NCBI GenBank assembly: GCA_963777505.1
Contig: CAVZQN010000004.1
Coordinates: 32,001-96,000, forward strand
DNA length: 64,000 nt
From: an uncultured bacterium
GTDB taxonomy: Bacteria; Acidobacteriota; HRBIN11; JAKEFK01
Direction: 5' to 3'
The notes beneath the pieces are model-generated. The model ran no database searches. It was not told where the DNA came from and saw only the letters and a list, made by a program, of their open reading frames with translations. Shown here one piece after another: positions 40,409 to 49,471 of this stretch (position 1 is its first letter; every line of letters starts with the position of its first letter). Position numbers and translations under genes: made by a program.

Positions 40409-40585
40409 TAGCCCCCAGCGTAAGCTGGGGGACAAGGATTGTAAATGGATTCCAGCCCGCCGCTACCGGCGGGCGCAAGACAGCAATCAAAAATTTGATG
40501 CCGAATTTATTCTCTTACGCCCGCCGCAAGCAGCGGGCTCGACTCTTCCTTAGCATTCTTTACCCCCGGCTTACGCCAGGGGCTA
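40409..40585. repeat. Composite palindromic REP/MITE-like element, copy 2, between pstC and pstA
   Basis: TAGCCCCCAGCGTAAGCTGGGGG...GCCCGCC..GGCGGGCGCAAGA...TCTTACGCCCGCCGC..GCGGGC...CCCCCGGCTTACGCCAGGGGCTA. Confidence 0.85.
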
Positions 40586-40606
40586 ATGTGAGGCCAGAAG
40601 GACACA

Positions 40607-42268
40607 ATGTCGAACGATAAAAATCCGGTAATGTTTGAAAAAAACAGGCCTGCTGGTGAATCTTTTGTATGGTTCACCTCCATGGGACTTTCCATCGGTT
40701 TGTTGATGGTTGTTTTTCTGCTTGTTTTGATCATTCTAAATGGAATTAGAGTTTTCTGGCCAGATAAGACTGCATTAATCAAACTCAAAGAAGGCAGTTC
40801 TGAGGCAATCAATAATCAGCCTTATGTTGCCGGAAACATTCTGAAGACACAAGAGAAATTAGGTACTCGCGGATCGATAGCTCCAGAAAAAGAACTCCAA
40901 GTTTTTATTGGGAATAAAGATATTTATGGAATGGGATTCAAATTTATTAATGAAAAGGAAATCGCAGAAATTCGACATCCTAAAGAGTTGATTGAAATTG
41001 AGCGACTTGAATATGGCGATGCAATCGGGCTTCCTCTGAATCTTCAACTTCAAGGCGGCAAAACAATCGCTGCATCCGATCCAAAATTTAACGAAGAGTT
41101 AAAAAAGATCGTAAACGAAGTACGCGCGCGATGGAATGAAATTCAGAAGATTGAAAAAAGTCAAATCGGTTCAGTAAATCGTTCAATGGAAAAACTGAAC
41201 ATTCAGAAAAGAAATTTGAAATCGAAAGATCCAAAAACCTTAAAGGAAATCGATGGAAGCCTTGCAAAACTGCAGGCTGAATATGAAGTTCTTGCAGCCA
41301 GAGCTTCACAGCTCAGGGAAAAACAATACGTAGATCATTTGAAATATAAACTCGTATCCGGCGAGGAAAAAGATTTACCTAGCGGTCAAATCGTTTCGTA
41401 TTTTTATCCGAATCAAATGAGTTGGTTTCAACAGGTTGGGATCTTTATGCACCGTTTGTGGGGTTTTGTCAGTGAAGAACCCAGAGAAGCCAATACTGAA
41501 GGTGGAATTTTCCCAGCCATTTTTGGAACCTTCGTTATGACTTTGCTGCTCAGCATAGCCGTAACTCCGTTCGGTGTTCTTGCTGCAATTTATTTGCGTG
41601 AGTATGCAAAGCAAGGAGTGTTCGTAAGATCTGTTCGGATTGCTGTCAATAATCTTGCTGGAGTCCCATCGATTGTTTTTGGCGTATTTGGTTTAGGATT
41701 TTTTGTTTATTTGATGGGTGGAACGATCGACAGACTTTTCTTCAGCGACGTCTTACCAACGCCTACTTTCGGAACAGGTGGAATTATGTGGGCCGCCTTA
41801 ACGCTCGCGCTGATGACGGTTCCTGTTGTGATTGTGGCGACAGAAGAGGCTCTGGCGGCGGTTCCTCGTGGAACTCGTGAAGGATCCCTTGCATGCGGAG
41901 CTTCAAAATGGCAAACGATTCAACGTGTGGTTTTGCCGGCCTCTGCACCCGGTATTTTGACTGGCTTAATTCTGGCAATGGCTCGTGGTGCCGGTGAAGT
42001 CGCACCCCTCATGCTCGTTGGAGTTGTTAAACTTGCGCCCAGCTTGCCATTGGATACGACTTATCCTTTCATTCATTTAGATCAAAAGTTTATGCATCTT
42101 GGTTTTCATATTTATGATTTAGGATTTCAATCACCTGATTCTGAAGCAGCAAAACCCATGGTTTTTGCAACCACATTCTTCTTAATCCTTCTAGTTGTCC
42201 TTTTGAACCTGGGAGCGATTGTAATTCGTGATCGTCTTAGAAAGAAATACTCAACAGGAGCCTTTTAG
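40607..42268 (+). CDS. pstA: Phosphate ABC permease PstA, large form with a periplasmic coiled-coil insertion
   Basis: PREANTEGGIFPAIFGT, LAGVPSIVFG, GEVAPL. Confidence 0.93.
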   Translation: MSNDKNPVMFEKNRPAGESFVWFTSMGLSIGLLMVVFLLVLIILNGIRVFWPDKTALIKLKEGSSEAINNQPYVAGNILKTQEKLGTRGSIAPEKELQVFIGNKDIYGMGFKFINEKEIAEIRHPKELIEIERLEYGDAIGLPLNLQLQGGKTIAASDPKFNEELKKIVNEVRARWNEIQKIEKSQIGSVNRSMEKLNIQKRNLKSKDPKTLKEIDGSLAKLQAEYEVLAARASQLREKQYVDHLKYKLVSGEEKDLPSGQIVSYFYPNQMSWFQQVGIFMHRLWGFVSEEPREANTEGGIFPAIFGTFVMTLLLSIAVTPFGVLAAIYLREYAKQGVFVRSVRIAVNNLAGVPSIVFGVFGLGFFVYLMGGTIDRLFFSDVLPTPTFGTGGIMWAALTLALMTVPVVIVATEEALAAVPRGTREGSLACGASKWQTIQRVVLPASAPGILTGLILAMARGAGEVAPLMLVGVVKLAPSLPLDTTYPFIHLDQKFMHLGFHIYDLGFQSPDSEAAKPMVFATTFFLILLVVLLNLGAIVIRDRLRKKYSTGAF

Positions 42269-42291
42269 ATTCGCAGAATTGGTAAAATGGT

Positions 42292-43131
42292 ATGGCAACA
42301 ATGACGCAAAACGAAGCGCAAAACTTACTCGCGATTAAAGTTTCTGAAAATGAACAGCCGAAACCGCATGACGGAGATCAGCATTTCATTAAGGTTGAAA
42401 AGTTTAATTTCTTTTATGGCTCAAACCATACGCTTCATGATATTGACTTCACAATACCTGAACGTCATGTCACTGCGCTAATTGGCCCATCTGGCTGCGG
42501 TAAAACCACGTTATTGCGCAGCATTAATCGAATGAACGATTTAATCGATGGAGTCCATCATTCCGGTGATATCAAAGTAAAAACTCAAAGTATTTATGAC
42601 CCTCATCTTGAAGTAATTTCACTTAGAAAGCGGATTGGAATGGTCTTTCAAAAATCGAATCCCTTTCCAAAAACAATTTACGAAAATGTTGTGTACAGCC
42701 TTCGCGTAGCCGGTCAGAGTAACAAATCCGTACTGGATGAAGTCGTTGAGAAAAGCTTAAAAGGCGCGGCTTTGTGGGAAGAAGTAAAGGATCGGTTAGA
42801 TGAGAGTGCTCTTGGACTTTCTGGCGGTCAGATGCAGCGTTTGTGCATCGCCAGAGCCATCGCAAATCGTCCAGAGATCATTTTAATGGATGAACCTTGC
42901 TCCGCACTGGATCCTGTGGCGACAAGCAAAATTGAAGATTTGATCCGTGAATTGCGAAGCGAATACACCATCGTTATTGTTACGCATAACATGCAACAAG
43001 CTGCCAGGATTTCTGATTACACAGCCTTCTTTTATCTTGGACGCTTAATTGAATACGATACAACTGTAAAAGTTTTTACAAATCCCTCCGTTAAACAGAC
43101 AGAAGATTACGTAACCGGCCGTTTCGGTTAA
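42292..43131 (+). CDS. pstB: Phosphate ABC ATP-binding protein
   Basis: [35 protein letters not shown]. Confidence 0.97.
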   Translation: MATMTQNEAQNLLAIKVSENEQPKPHDGDQHFIKVEKFNFFYGSNHTLHDIDFTIPERHVTALIGPSGCGKTTLLRSINRMNDLIDGVHHSGDIKVKTQSIYDPHLEVISLRKRIGMVFQKSNPFPKTIYENVVYSLRVAGQSNKSVLDEVVEKSLKGAALWEEVKDRLDESALGLSGGQMQRLCIARAIANRPEIILMDEPCSALDPVATSKIEDLIRELRSEYTIVIVTHNMQQAARISDYTAFFYLGRLIEYDTTVKVFTNPSVKQTEDYVTGRFG

Positions 43132-43166
43132 GACTTACCGCAAAGACTCAAAGAATCCTTCCCAAA

Positions 43167-43220
43167 TTAACATCACCGAAACATTCCTTTGACAATTGCG
43201 TAATGCTGTCCACGTAGACT
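43167..43220 (+). promoter_or_regulatory. Pho-box-like array plus -10, upstream of the porin
   Basis: TTAACA-N5-GAAACA-N5-TTGACA-N5-GTAATG-N9-TAGACT. Confidence 0.78.
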
Positions 43221-43263
43221 GTGATCGCTTTATTGAAAACCACAACCAAAGACCCCAGGAGGG

Positions 43264-44634
43264 ATGCGCATGAAGTTCGCACTAGGAAGTCTTCTTATTA
43301 CCGTTCTATTTGTGGCTATTTTTGTGCCCCAAAATGCAGTCGCACAGGCGGGAGGAGCCTTTTATGTTGAAGAAGTTGTAGAAGGCAGAATTTATGTCTT
43401 CAACGACCCGAAGCAGTATCAGCTCTTTAAAGACAGTGGCCAATTAGAAGTACGAATTACGAGAATTGGCGCTGGCCCGAATGGTGAAACGATGTATTTC
43501 GATAGCGAAAATGCCATTCATTTGTATAACTTCAAACACGATCTTCCACCTGAAGTCATCATTAAGGCGGAAGAGAAAAAACCCAAGATGAGCGTTACAT
43601 GGAAGGATGGTAAGACGACGATTGAAACTGATAACGCTTTGTTAAACATTTCGAACCGGATTCAAGTCCGTTACACTAATTCAGAATTGCTGCCTGCGGT
43701 TTTACCCCCAGGTCTCGATCCAGGGGATAGACAAGGTTCGTTCCGGATTCGTCGAGCCAAAACAAAGTTTGATGGATGGTTTTACACGAAAGATCTGACA
43801 TATGAAGTGCAATTAAACTGGGCCGACGTCGTCAATGCTCTAGAAGATGCAAATCTTCAATTCGACATGACGCGTGGTAAAAAGTTGTTCATGATCAAAG
43901 GCGGACAATTCAAAGTTCCATTTGGCCGTCAGCAATTGACTTCATCCGGAAGCCAACAGTTTGTTGATCGCGCTCTCGTTTCCGATCTCTTTGCGCGCGG
44001 CCGTGATATTGGAGTCCAACTCTGGGGATTGCCTTTCAATGAAAAAGTTGATTGGCGTATAGGAATCTTCAATGGTAACGGACGTAACGTGACACTCAAC
44101 GATAACGCAGATTATCAATTTGATGCCCGCGTGACGTTTCAACCCTTCGGCGACGTTAAGTACAGTGAATCCGATTTTGAAAGCACAGACAAACCGTTAT
44201 TTGCAATCGCAGCACAATATGAAACAACTGAACAAGCAGGTGCGCTAGTTGGAACTACAGCTGCATTCCGCCGGGAATTGGATACTTACGGCTTTGATGC
44301 TGTTTTCAAATACAAAGGGATTTTTGTTTTTTATGATCACTACCAAAGAGAACTAACAGATGCCCTTACAGGCATATCAATCGATTTGAATGGTTATAAC
44401 ATTCAAGGTGGATTTCTATTCTTCAAACGCCGATTAGAAATTGCAGGCCGTTATGCAGTAATTGACCCGAACGAAAGTATTGATGATAACCTGCAAAAAG
44501 AATGGGGTCCGGCTTTTGGCTATTACTACAACAAGCATAATCTAAAATTGCAGGCTGATTACCGTCGATTGGAGAACGAAGCTGCGAATACTGAATTTGA
44601 TGAATTCAGGATTCAGCTTCAATTCATTTTCTAG
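43264..44634 (+). CDS. Phosphate-selective porin (OprO/OprP family) with an extra N-terminal domain
   Basis: FRIRRAK, GQFKVPFGRQQLTSSG, RDIG, and the beta-barrel C-terminal signal QLQFIF. Confidence 0.88.
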   Translation: MRMKFALGSLLITVLFVAIFVPQNAVAQAGGAFYVEEVVEGRIYVFNDPKQYQLFKDSGQLEVRITRIGAGPNGETMYFDSENAIHLYNFKHDLPPEVIIKAEEKKPKMSVTWKDGKTTIETDNALLNISNRIQVRYTNSELLPAVLPPGLDPGDRQGSFRIRRAKTKFDGWFYTKDLTYEVQLNWADVVNALEDANLQFDMTRGKKLFMIKGGQFKVPFGRQQLTSSGSQQFVDRALVSDLFARGRDIGVQLWGLPFNEKVDWRIGIFNGNGRNVTLNDNADYQFDARVTFQPFGDVKYSESDFESTDKPLFAIAAQYETTEQAGALVGTTAAFRRELDTYGFDAVFKYKGIFVFYDHYQRELTDALTGISIDLNGYNIQGGFLFFKRRLEIAGRYAVIDPNESIDDNLQKEWGPAFGYYYNKHNLKLQADYRRLENEAANTEFDEFRIQLQFIF

Positions 44635-44672
44635 CATCATCTATAGCCCTCAATAGACTTTCCCTGGTTGAT

Positions 44673-44711
44673 GAGCGTGACCTTCTCTCGGAGGTCACGC
44701 TTGTCTTTTTT
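44673..44711 (+). terminator. Intrinsic terminator between the convergent porin genes
   Basis: GAGCGTGACCTTC-TCTC-GGAGGTCACGCTT followed by GTCTTTTTT. Confidence 0.75.
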
Positions 44712-44727
44712 AATCCACCTTCAATGA

Positions 44728-45999
44728 TTAAATACTGAGGTCCCATTGAAGACGTGCGCGCCACCCTGAATCATCTCCGGGTGGTGTATTCAATGAAAGG
44801 CGTGAAATATCCAGTGTGATTTTGTTTCGATGCTTATTCATAAACCAATTCGCCCCCCAGGTTAGTTCACGTCTTTCTGCATCTTCCGACAATTGTTCGC
44901 CATTTACGAAAGCAGCTCTAAATGCCAGCTCAAGCGCCCTTGGAAAATTTGAGTTTAATGCGTGAAGAAAATAACCAGCTTGAGCATATCCTCCCTCAAA
45001 ATCCGTTGATTTTGATAAAACTCGATCCTCAATTTCTTTCCAATGGTACTCAGACTGCAAGGCCAGCCCTCGATGTTGATAAGCAAACTCGGCCAGCATT
45101 TGAACAATGTCATAGCGTTCTGCTACATCCGAAGTAAAGCCTTCCAGTTCTCCGCCTCCGGACCCGCTAAAGCGTGTAAATCTACTTCGATTCCTAATGG
45201 CTCCGAATGCGAGACTCGCTGCTGGTTCTTCGCGGATATCTACATCACTTTGAGAAAATTCCAAATCGCGTTTCAAGAAATTCCATTGATAACGACCGAC
45301 TACCATTGGAGTTCCTTCATTACTAAAATTGCCCGCCCCTTCGCCTGAAAACAACCCAACAAAATATCTGCTATCGGCTCGTTTTCCAGCAAACAAACGT
45401 CCCATCACCATAAACCCAGGTTGTCGATCGATGGTGAATACGCGATTCACAATAGACCTATCTACGAATTGTAGTTCTCCGGATGAATCTCTTCTTTCCC
45501 TGTTGTATTCCGCTTTCCATTGTCCAAACCGGACCTGGATATCTTTTCTTTTAACGATGGTCAATCTGAAATCCAGGAGCATGCCGTTTACGATGTCATA
45601 TTCTGTGTAGTAGTCGATCCATGGACCCAATGCATGACCGCCCCACTTCAAGCGTGCGCGGCGGATGCTGAATTCGTATTCATCATTTGCATCGAAATCG
45701 TCCAACGTGATTGGATCATCATCAAATGGATATGACAATCGGAATTGGCCACGTAGTCCAACCCACGCACTAAACCTGCCATCGTTCGTTTTTACCTCAA
45801 AACCGTGTTCACCGTAATCAATCGTGACACCAGTTTCATTTGAGTCGCTCGTAGAATCATCAGCAAGTTCGTCAAGTCTGAATGCGGGATCATTTTTGAA
45901 CCGACTATAGTCCACCGATGTTTCTTCTGCGAAAAGAAATGTTGAAATACAGAGGGCTTTCAATAAGAAAATCAGAAAGAAAATGAACCGTAGTTTCAA
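44728..45999 (-). CDS. Second OprO/OprP family porin
   Basis: Signal peptide, FSIRRARL, GQWKAEYNRERRDSSG, C-terminal RLQWDLSI. Confidence 0.85.
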   Translation of the reverse strand: MKLRFIFFLIFLLKALCISTFLFAEETSVDYSRFKNDPAFRLDELADDSTSDSNETGVTIDYGEHGFEVKTNDGRFSAWVGLRGQFRLSYPFDDDPITLDDFDANDEYEFSIRRARLKWGGHALGPWIDYYTEYDIVNGMLLDFRLTIVKRKDIQVRFGQWKAEYNRERRDSSGELQFVDRSIVNRVFTIDRQPGFMVMGRLFAGKRADSRYFVGLFSGEGAGNFSNEGTPMVVGRYQWNFLKRDLEFSQSDVDIREEPAASLAFGAIRNRSRFTRFSGSGGGELEGFTSDVAERYDIVQMLAEFAYQHRGLALQSEYHWKEIEDRVLSKSTDFEGGYAQAGYFLHALNSNFPRALELAFRAAFVNGEQLSEDAERRELTWGANWFMNKHRNKITLDISRLSLNTPPGDDSGWRARLQWDLSI

Positions 46000-46040
46000 A
46001 ATTAATCTCCGAAATACAACTGGAAAACCTAAGCGAGAGA

Positions 46041-46866
46041 TTAATTTTCCGCCTGCTTTTCTCTTTCATTCTGGAAAGTACGCATATCCGGAGCCGGGTA
46101 ACCCGCAGTCTGAAAGGTCTCTTGAATCACGCGGTTTGTATCGAAATAAACTTGCCAATAGTTGTCAATTTTGCAGTAGGGACGAACCGCAATCATTGTG
46201 CCATCCCGAGCTAATTGAAGGATTTCAACATCCGGTTTTGGATCCTTAAGAACGTTCGGAATGTTTTCAACGCGCGGCTTTAATTGTTTGATCGCTTCAG
46301 CTGGATCTACCGTGTAATGTAATGGTGCTTGAAGATCAACACGCCGGAATGGAGTTGAAGAATAATTCTGGATGTTATCGGAGAAGATCTTATTGTTACC
46401 AACGATCGTCCGAACATTATCGGGTGTATTAATCGTTGTGGCGAATAGTCCGATCTCCTCAACGGCACCTGTTGCTCCTCCTGCCGAAACAAGATCTCCA
46501 ACTTTAAATGGTTTGAAAATAATCAGGAAAATGCCTGCAGCTAAATTTGCAAGCAAGCCGCCCCACGCAGCACCAATCGCAATTCCAATTGCAGCAAGCA
46601 GCGCTGCAAATGTCGTTGTTTGTACTCCGAAGACTCCAAGAATGGCAACAACTAAGGACGATCTTTAAGAGTACGGAAAGCGCTGAAGAAATGTAGTTGA
46701 TTAGAGTGACATCAACTTTTTTCAGTTTTAAAGCGCGCTGTACAATCCCTACAAAAAGGCGGATCAACCAGGAACCAATAATCCAAAGCGCTAGTGCGCC
46801 AAGAATTTTCAGACCCAGGTTTGTACCATGCAGAACTAAAGTTTCTTTGAATTTTTCAAGATTCAC
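46041..46866 (-). CDS. mscS: Small-conductance mechanosensitive channel with a +1 frameshift near 46655
   Basis: TM1-2 are in one frame; LANLAAG..KPFKVGD..GAVEEIGLFAT are in the next. Confidence 0.88.
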
Positions 46867-46950
46867 TATTCACACTCCTCGGTCACTTTATAGGTGAATC
46901 TTACCGTTCTTGGAAAACTACTGCTAGAGGACTTTAGGCCAATATTGACT

Positions 46951-47277
46951 TTAGCTTTCCCAGGAGAATCCAACCGCCGCAGGTACTTCGTAATGCTTGA
47001 GTTCCGGTTCCAATTCCAACAAGAATTCAGCATCTGCAGGGTAGTAAACGGCCTTGTTAATATCTTCACCCGCGAATCGCTTAATTGATTCGCTCGAATC
47101 CCAAAATGAAATGATGGTGAACTCCGCAATCTCTTGATTTAGCCGTCTGAACATTAAGACACCACGATTTCCTTTCGTCTCATGAAGTTCCTTAACCCCT
47201 GTTTGATTCATGTACTCCGTGTATTGTTCCGCTTTCGAAGCAGGCGTTCTTCCCGACCACACTCGAGCAATCATCAA
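46951..47277 (-). CDS. ABM-like (antibiotic biosynthesis monooxygenase) dimeric alpha/beta barrel protein
   Basis: IARVWSG, ISFWDSSESIKRFAGED..AVYYP.D. Confidence 0.8.
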   Translation of the reverse strand: MMIARVWSGRTPASKAEQYTEYMNQTGVKELHETKGNRGVLMFRRLNQEIAEFTIISFWDSSESIKRFAGEDINKAVYYPADAEFLLELEPELKHYEVPAAVGFSWES

Positions 47278-47291
47278 TGCCTCCTAAGGTT

Positions 47292-47369
47292 TTCTAACCA
47301 GTGAACTTAATTTACTGGTTAGAATGTAATACAGCCAATATAACCTGTCAAATCGTTTTATAGGTTATA
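47292..47369. promoter_or_regulatory. Two palindromic operator candidates, TAACC-N17-GGTTA
   Basis: 47292-47324 TTCTAACCAGTGAA-CTTAA-TTTACTGGTTAGAA and 47339-47369 TATAACCT...AGGTTATA, in a divergent promoter region. Confidence 0.7.
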
Positions 47370-47378
47370 ATCCCTGTC

Positions 47379-48038
47379 ATGGAAAAGAGGATCAGAAGAG
47401 GCGGCATTCGGACTCCTGAGGGTTTTCTTTTTGAATTCTCCGGAGGAAATGTTTCATTGGATTTTGTTAATACTGTTGATACAAGACCATCTGAGCAACC
47501 AAATGAATTGCTGCAAACTTACAATGAACTTTTTTCATGGGGACGTCAGGCCAGACTCCTGACGCGGATGCAAGAGCTAAATCTTTTGAAGAAAGCGGTC
47601 CGCGATCCGAAGAGAGCTGAATCCGTACGCAAGTCAGCAATTGCTTTACGTGAATGTTTGTTTCAGATCCTTTTGCAGACTATCGAGAGGAAAGAAATTT
47701 CAGATGAACTGCTGGCAAAATGGAACCATTATGTTCAGCGTTCAATGGATAACCATGAATTGATTGCTGGGAAGGACGGATTTAAATGGACTTCCACGGC
47801 GGATCCGCTTGAATTCGATTCCTTTTTCTGGCCTGTGGTGCAATCTGCCGTAGAACTTTTAACGGGACCCAATGCCGATAGGATCCGCAGATGTGCTGCA
47901 GAATATTGTGACTGGCTTTTCCTGGATGAAAGTAAACGGGGAAATCGGCGATGGTGCGATATGACGATCTGTGGAAACCGCGCAAAAGCTGAACGCTTTT
48001 ATTCAAAAAAGAAAAAACCTTTGCGTTCTCGGCGGTAG
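47379..48038 (+). CDS. ABATE plus CGNR zinc-finger protein (putative transcription factor)
   Basis: LDFVNT and RRCAAEYCDWLFLDESKRGNRRWCDMTICGNRAK. Confidence 0.93.
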   Translation: MEKRIRRGGIRTPEGFLFEFSGGNVSLDFVNTVDTRPSEQPNELLQTYNELFSWGRQARLLTRMQELNLLKKAVRDPKRAESVRKSAIALRECLFQILLQTIERKEISDELLAKWNHYVQRSMDNHELIAGKDGFKWTSTADPLEFDSFFWPVVQSAVELLTGPNADRIRRCAAEYCDWLFLDESKRGNRRWCDMTICGNRAKAERFYSKKKKPLRSRR

Positions 48039-48043
48039 AAAAA

Positions 48044-49291
48044 TCATTTCACTTTAACAACAAGCATTGTAATGTCATCGGATTGATCTGAGCCACCAAC
48101 GAACGTTTGAACATCCATATATATAGTCTCTTTAAGACTCGACGCCGATTGATTGCAGTTTTCCAGAATCAGCTTTTCCAACCGCTCATCGCCGTATGCA
48201 CCGTTCTTTGAATTGTTTGCCTCGGTAATACCATCCGTAAACATAACGAGAACGTCATTCGGTTCCAAAACATACTCTTTACAAACAAACGACGCAGATT
48301 CGATGCCTCCCAGGACTACACCTGTCGTTGGCAGTCTTATGAAATTACCATTACGAGCCAACAAGGGCGGATAGTGTCCTGCATTCACTATTTGCAGCAT
48401 TCTTGAAGAAGGATCCAGGATGCCAATAAAAAAAGTAATAAATTTGTTTTCCGTTGAGGTCCGGAAAATAACACGATTGACTCTGGTGATCAATTCATCC
48501 AGCTTAAAATTGCTTTCAAGATAGGCTCGCATGCATGCTTGTAAAGTTGATACAAGCAACGCAGCAGGCACCCCTTTGCCGGAAGCATCTGCGATTGCAA
48601 AGGCTGTCCTGCCATCGGGCAAAGAAATAACATCGTAATAGTCTCCCCCGACTTGTTTTGCTGGAACACACAGCCCTGAGATTTCAAAACCATGAATCTC
48701 TGGAATTGTTTTTGGCAGGATCATTTTTTGGATTGTCGCAGCAACTTCAAGTTCTTTTTCAATACTTTCCTTTTCAAGCGCTTCTTTAAACAACCTCGCA
48801 TTCTCAATTGCAAGACATGCATCCAAAGAAAGTAGATCCAAAAACTTAATGTCCTCCTGGGAAAAATATCCGTTCAGTTTATTAACAATCTGGATTACAC
48901 CGATTTTTTTCCCCTTTCGATCCTTCATTGGCGTACAGAGCATAGTCTTGGTGTGATATCCGGTTTGCTTATCAACCTCGCGATTAAATCTTGGATCTTT
49001 ATATGCGTCTTTGAGAATGACTTTCTTGCCTGTTTTGGCAACATGACCAGCGATTCCTTTTCCGATCGGAAGCCGGATGTCTACCTTGATGTCTCCTTGT
49101 AAAACCTTTGACCAGAGTTCTTTTGTTTTGTAATCAATGAGATAAACGGTGCCTCGGTCTGCATGCAGATTGTTGGTCGCTGTTTCAAGGATGATTTGCA
49201 GGATTTTTTCTAATCTCAGTGTTGAGTTGAGCAGCTTCCTGATTTTGACAAGTTCAAGAAGTCTGTTGGTTCTTCTATTGCTTTTTTTCAT
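48044..49291 (-). CDS. GAF plus SpoIIE (RsbU-type) phosphatase
   Basis: GAF motif GKGIAGHVA..DPRFNREVD..TGY; VGGDYYD, DASGKG, TDG, DDIT. Confidence 0.92.
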   Translation of the reverse strand: MKKSNRRTNRLLELVKIRKLLNSTLRLEKILQIILETATNNLHADRGTVYLIDYKTKELWSKVLQGDIKVDIRLPIGKGIAGHVAKTGKKVILKDAYKDPRFNREVDKQTGYHTKTMLCTPMKDRKGKKIGVIQIVNKLNGYFSQEDIKFLDLLSLDACLAIENARLFKEALEKESIEKELEVAATIQKMILPKTIPEIHGFEISGLCVPAKQVGGDYYDVISLPDGRTAFAIADASGKGVPAALLVSTLQACMRAYLESNFKLDELITRVNRVIFRTSTENKFITFFIGILDPSSRMLQIVNAGHYPPLLARNGNFIRLPTTGVVLGGIESASFVCKEYVLEPNDVLVMFTDGITEANNSKNGAYGDERLEKLILENCNQSASSLKETIYMDVQTFVGGSDQSDDITMLVVKVK

Positions 49292-49307
49292 TTAAAACCG
49301 CATACAT

Positions 49308-49361
49308 TTTACCCCCATAAAACGTCCATGAAACATCGAAGAAATGAGTAAAAGTTACTCT
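49308..49361 (+). promoter_or_regulatory. Pho-box-like array plus -10 in front of a short terminated transcript
   Basis: TTTACC-N5-AAAACG-N5-GAAACA-N5-GAAATG-N9-TACTCT. Confidence 0.55.
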
Positions 49362-49406
49362 TATAACAGTTTTTATATGCCCACAATATGTCACCCTGGT
49401 AGAATT

Positions 49407-49443
49407 AGGCGTGGCTCGACCCCGGGCCACGCTTGTTTTTTTT
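49407..49443 (+). terminator. Intrinsic terminator with no upstream plus-strand CDS
   Basis: AGGCGTGGCTCG-ACCC-CGGGCCACGCTT followed by G and T8. Confidence 0.75.
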
Positions 49444-49471
49444 CCTCATGATCAGGCATACTCTTATTCGT

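Noticed and set aside
40335-40812. Small ORFs between pstC and pstA, and similar ones at 12620-12958
   Set aside because: They are translations of the palindromic repeat element or antisense frames.
38027-42268. Unusually long PstC and PstA as a novelty
   Set aside because: Large forms with periplasmic insertions are known in Pseudomonas/Vibrio-type pst operons.
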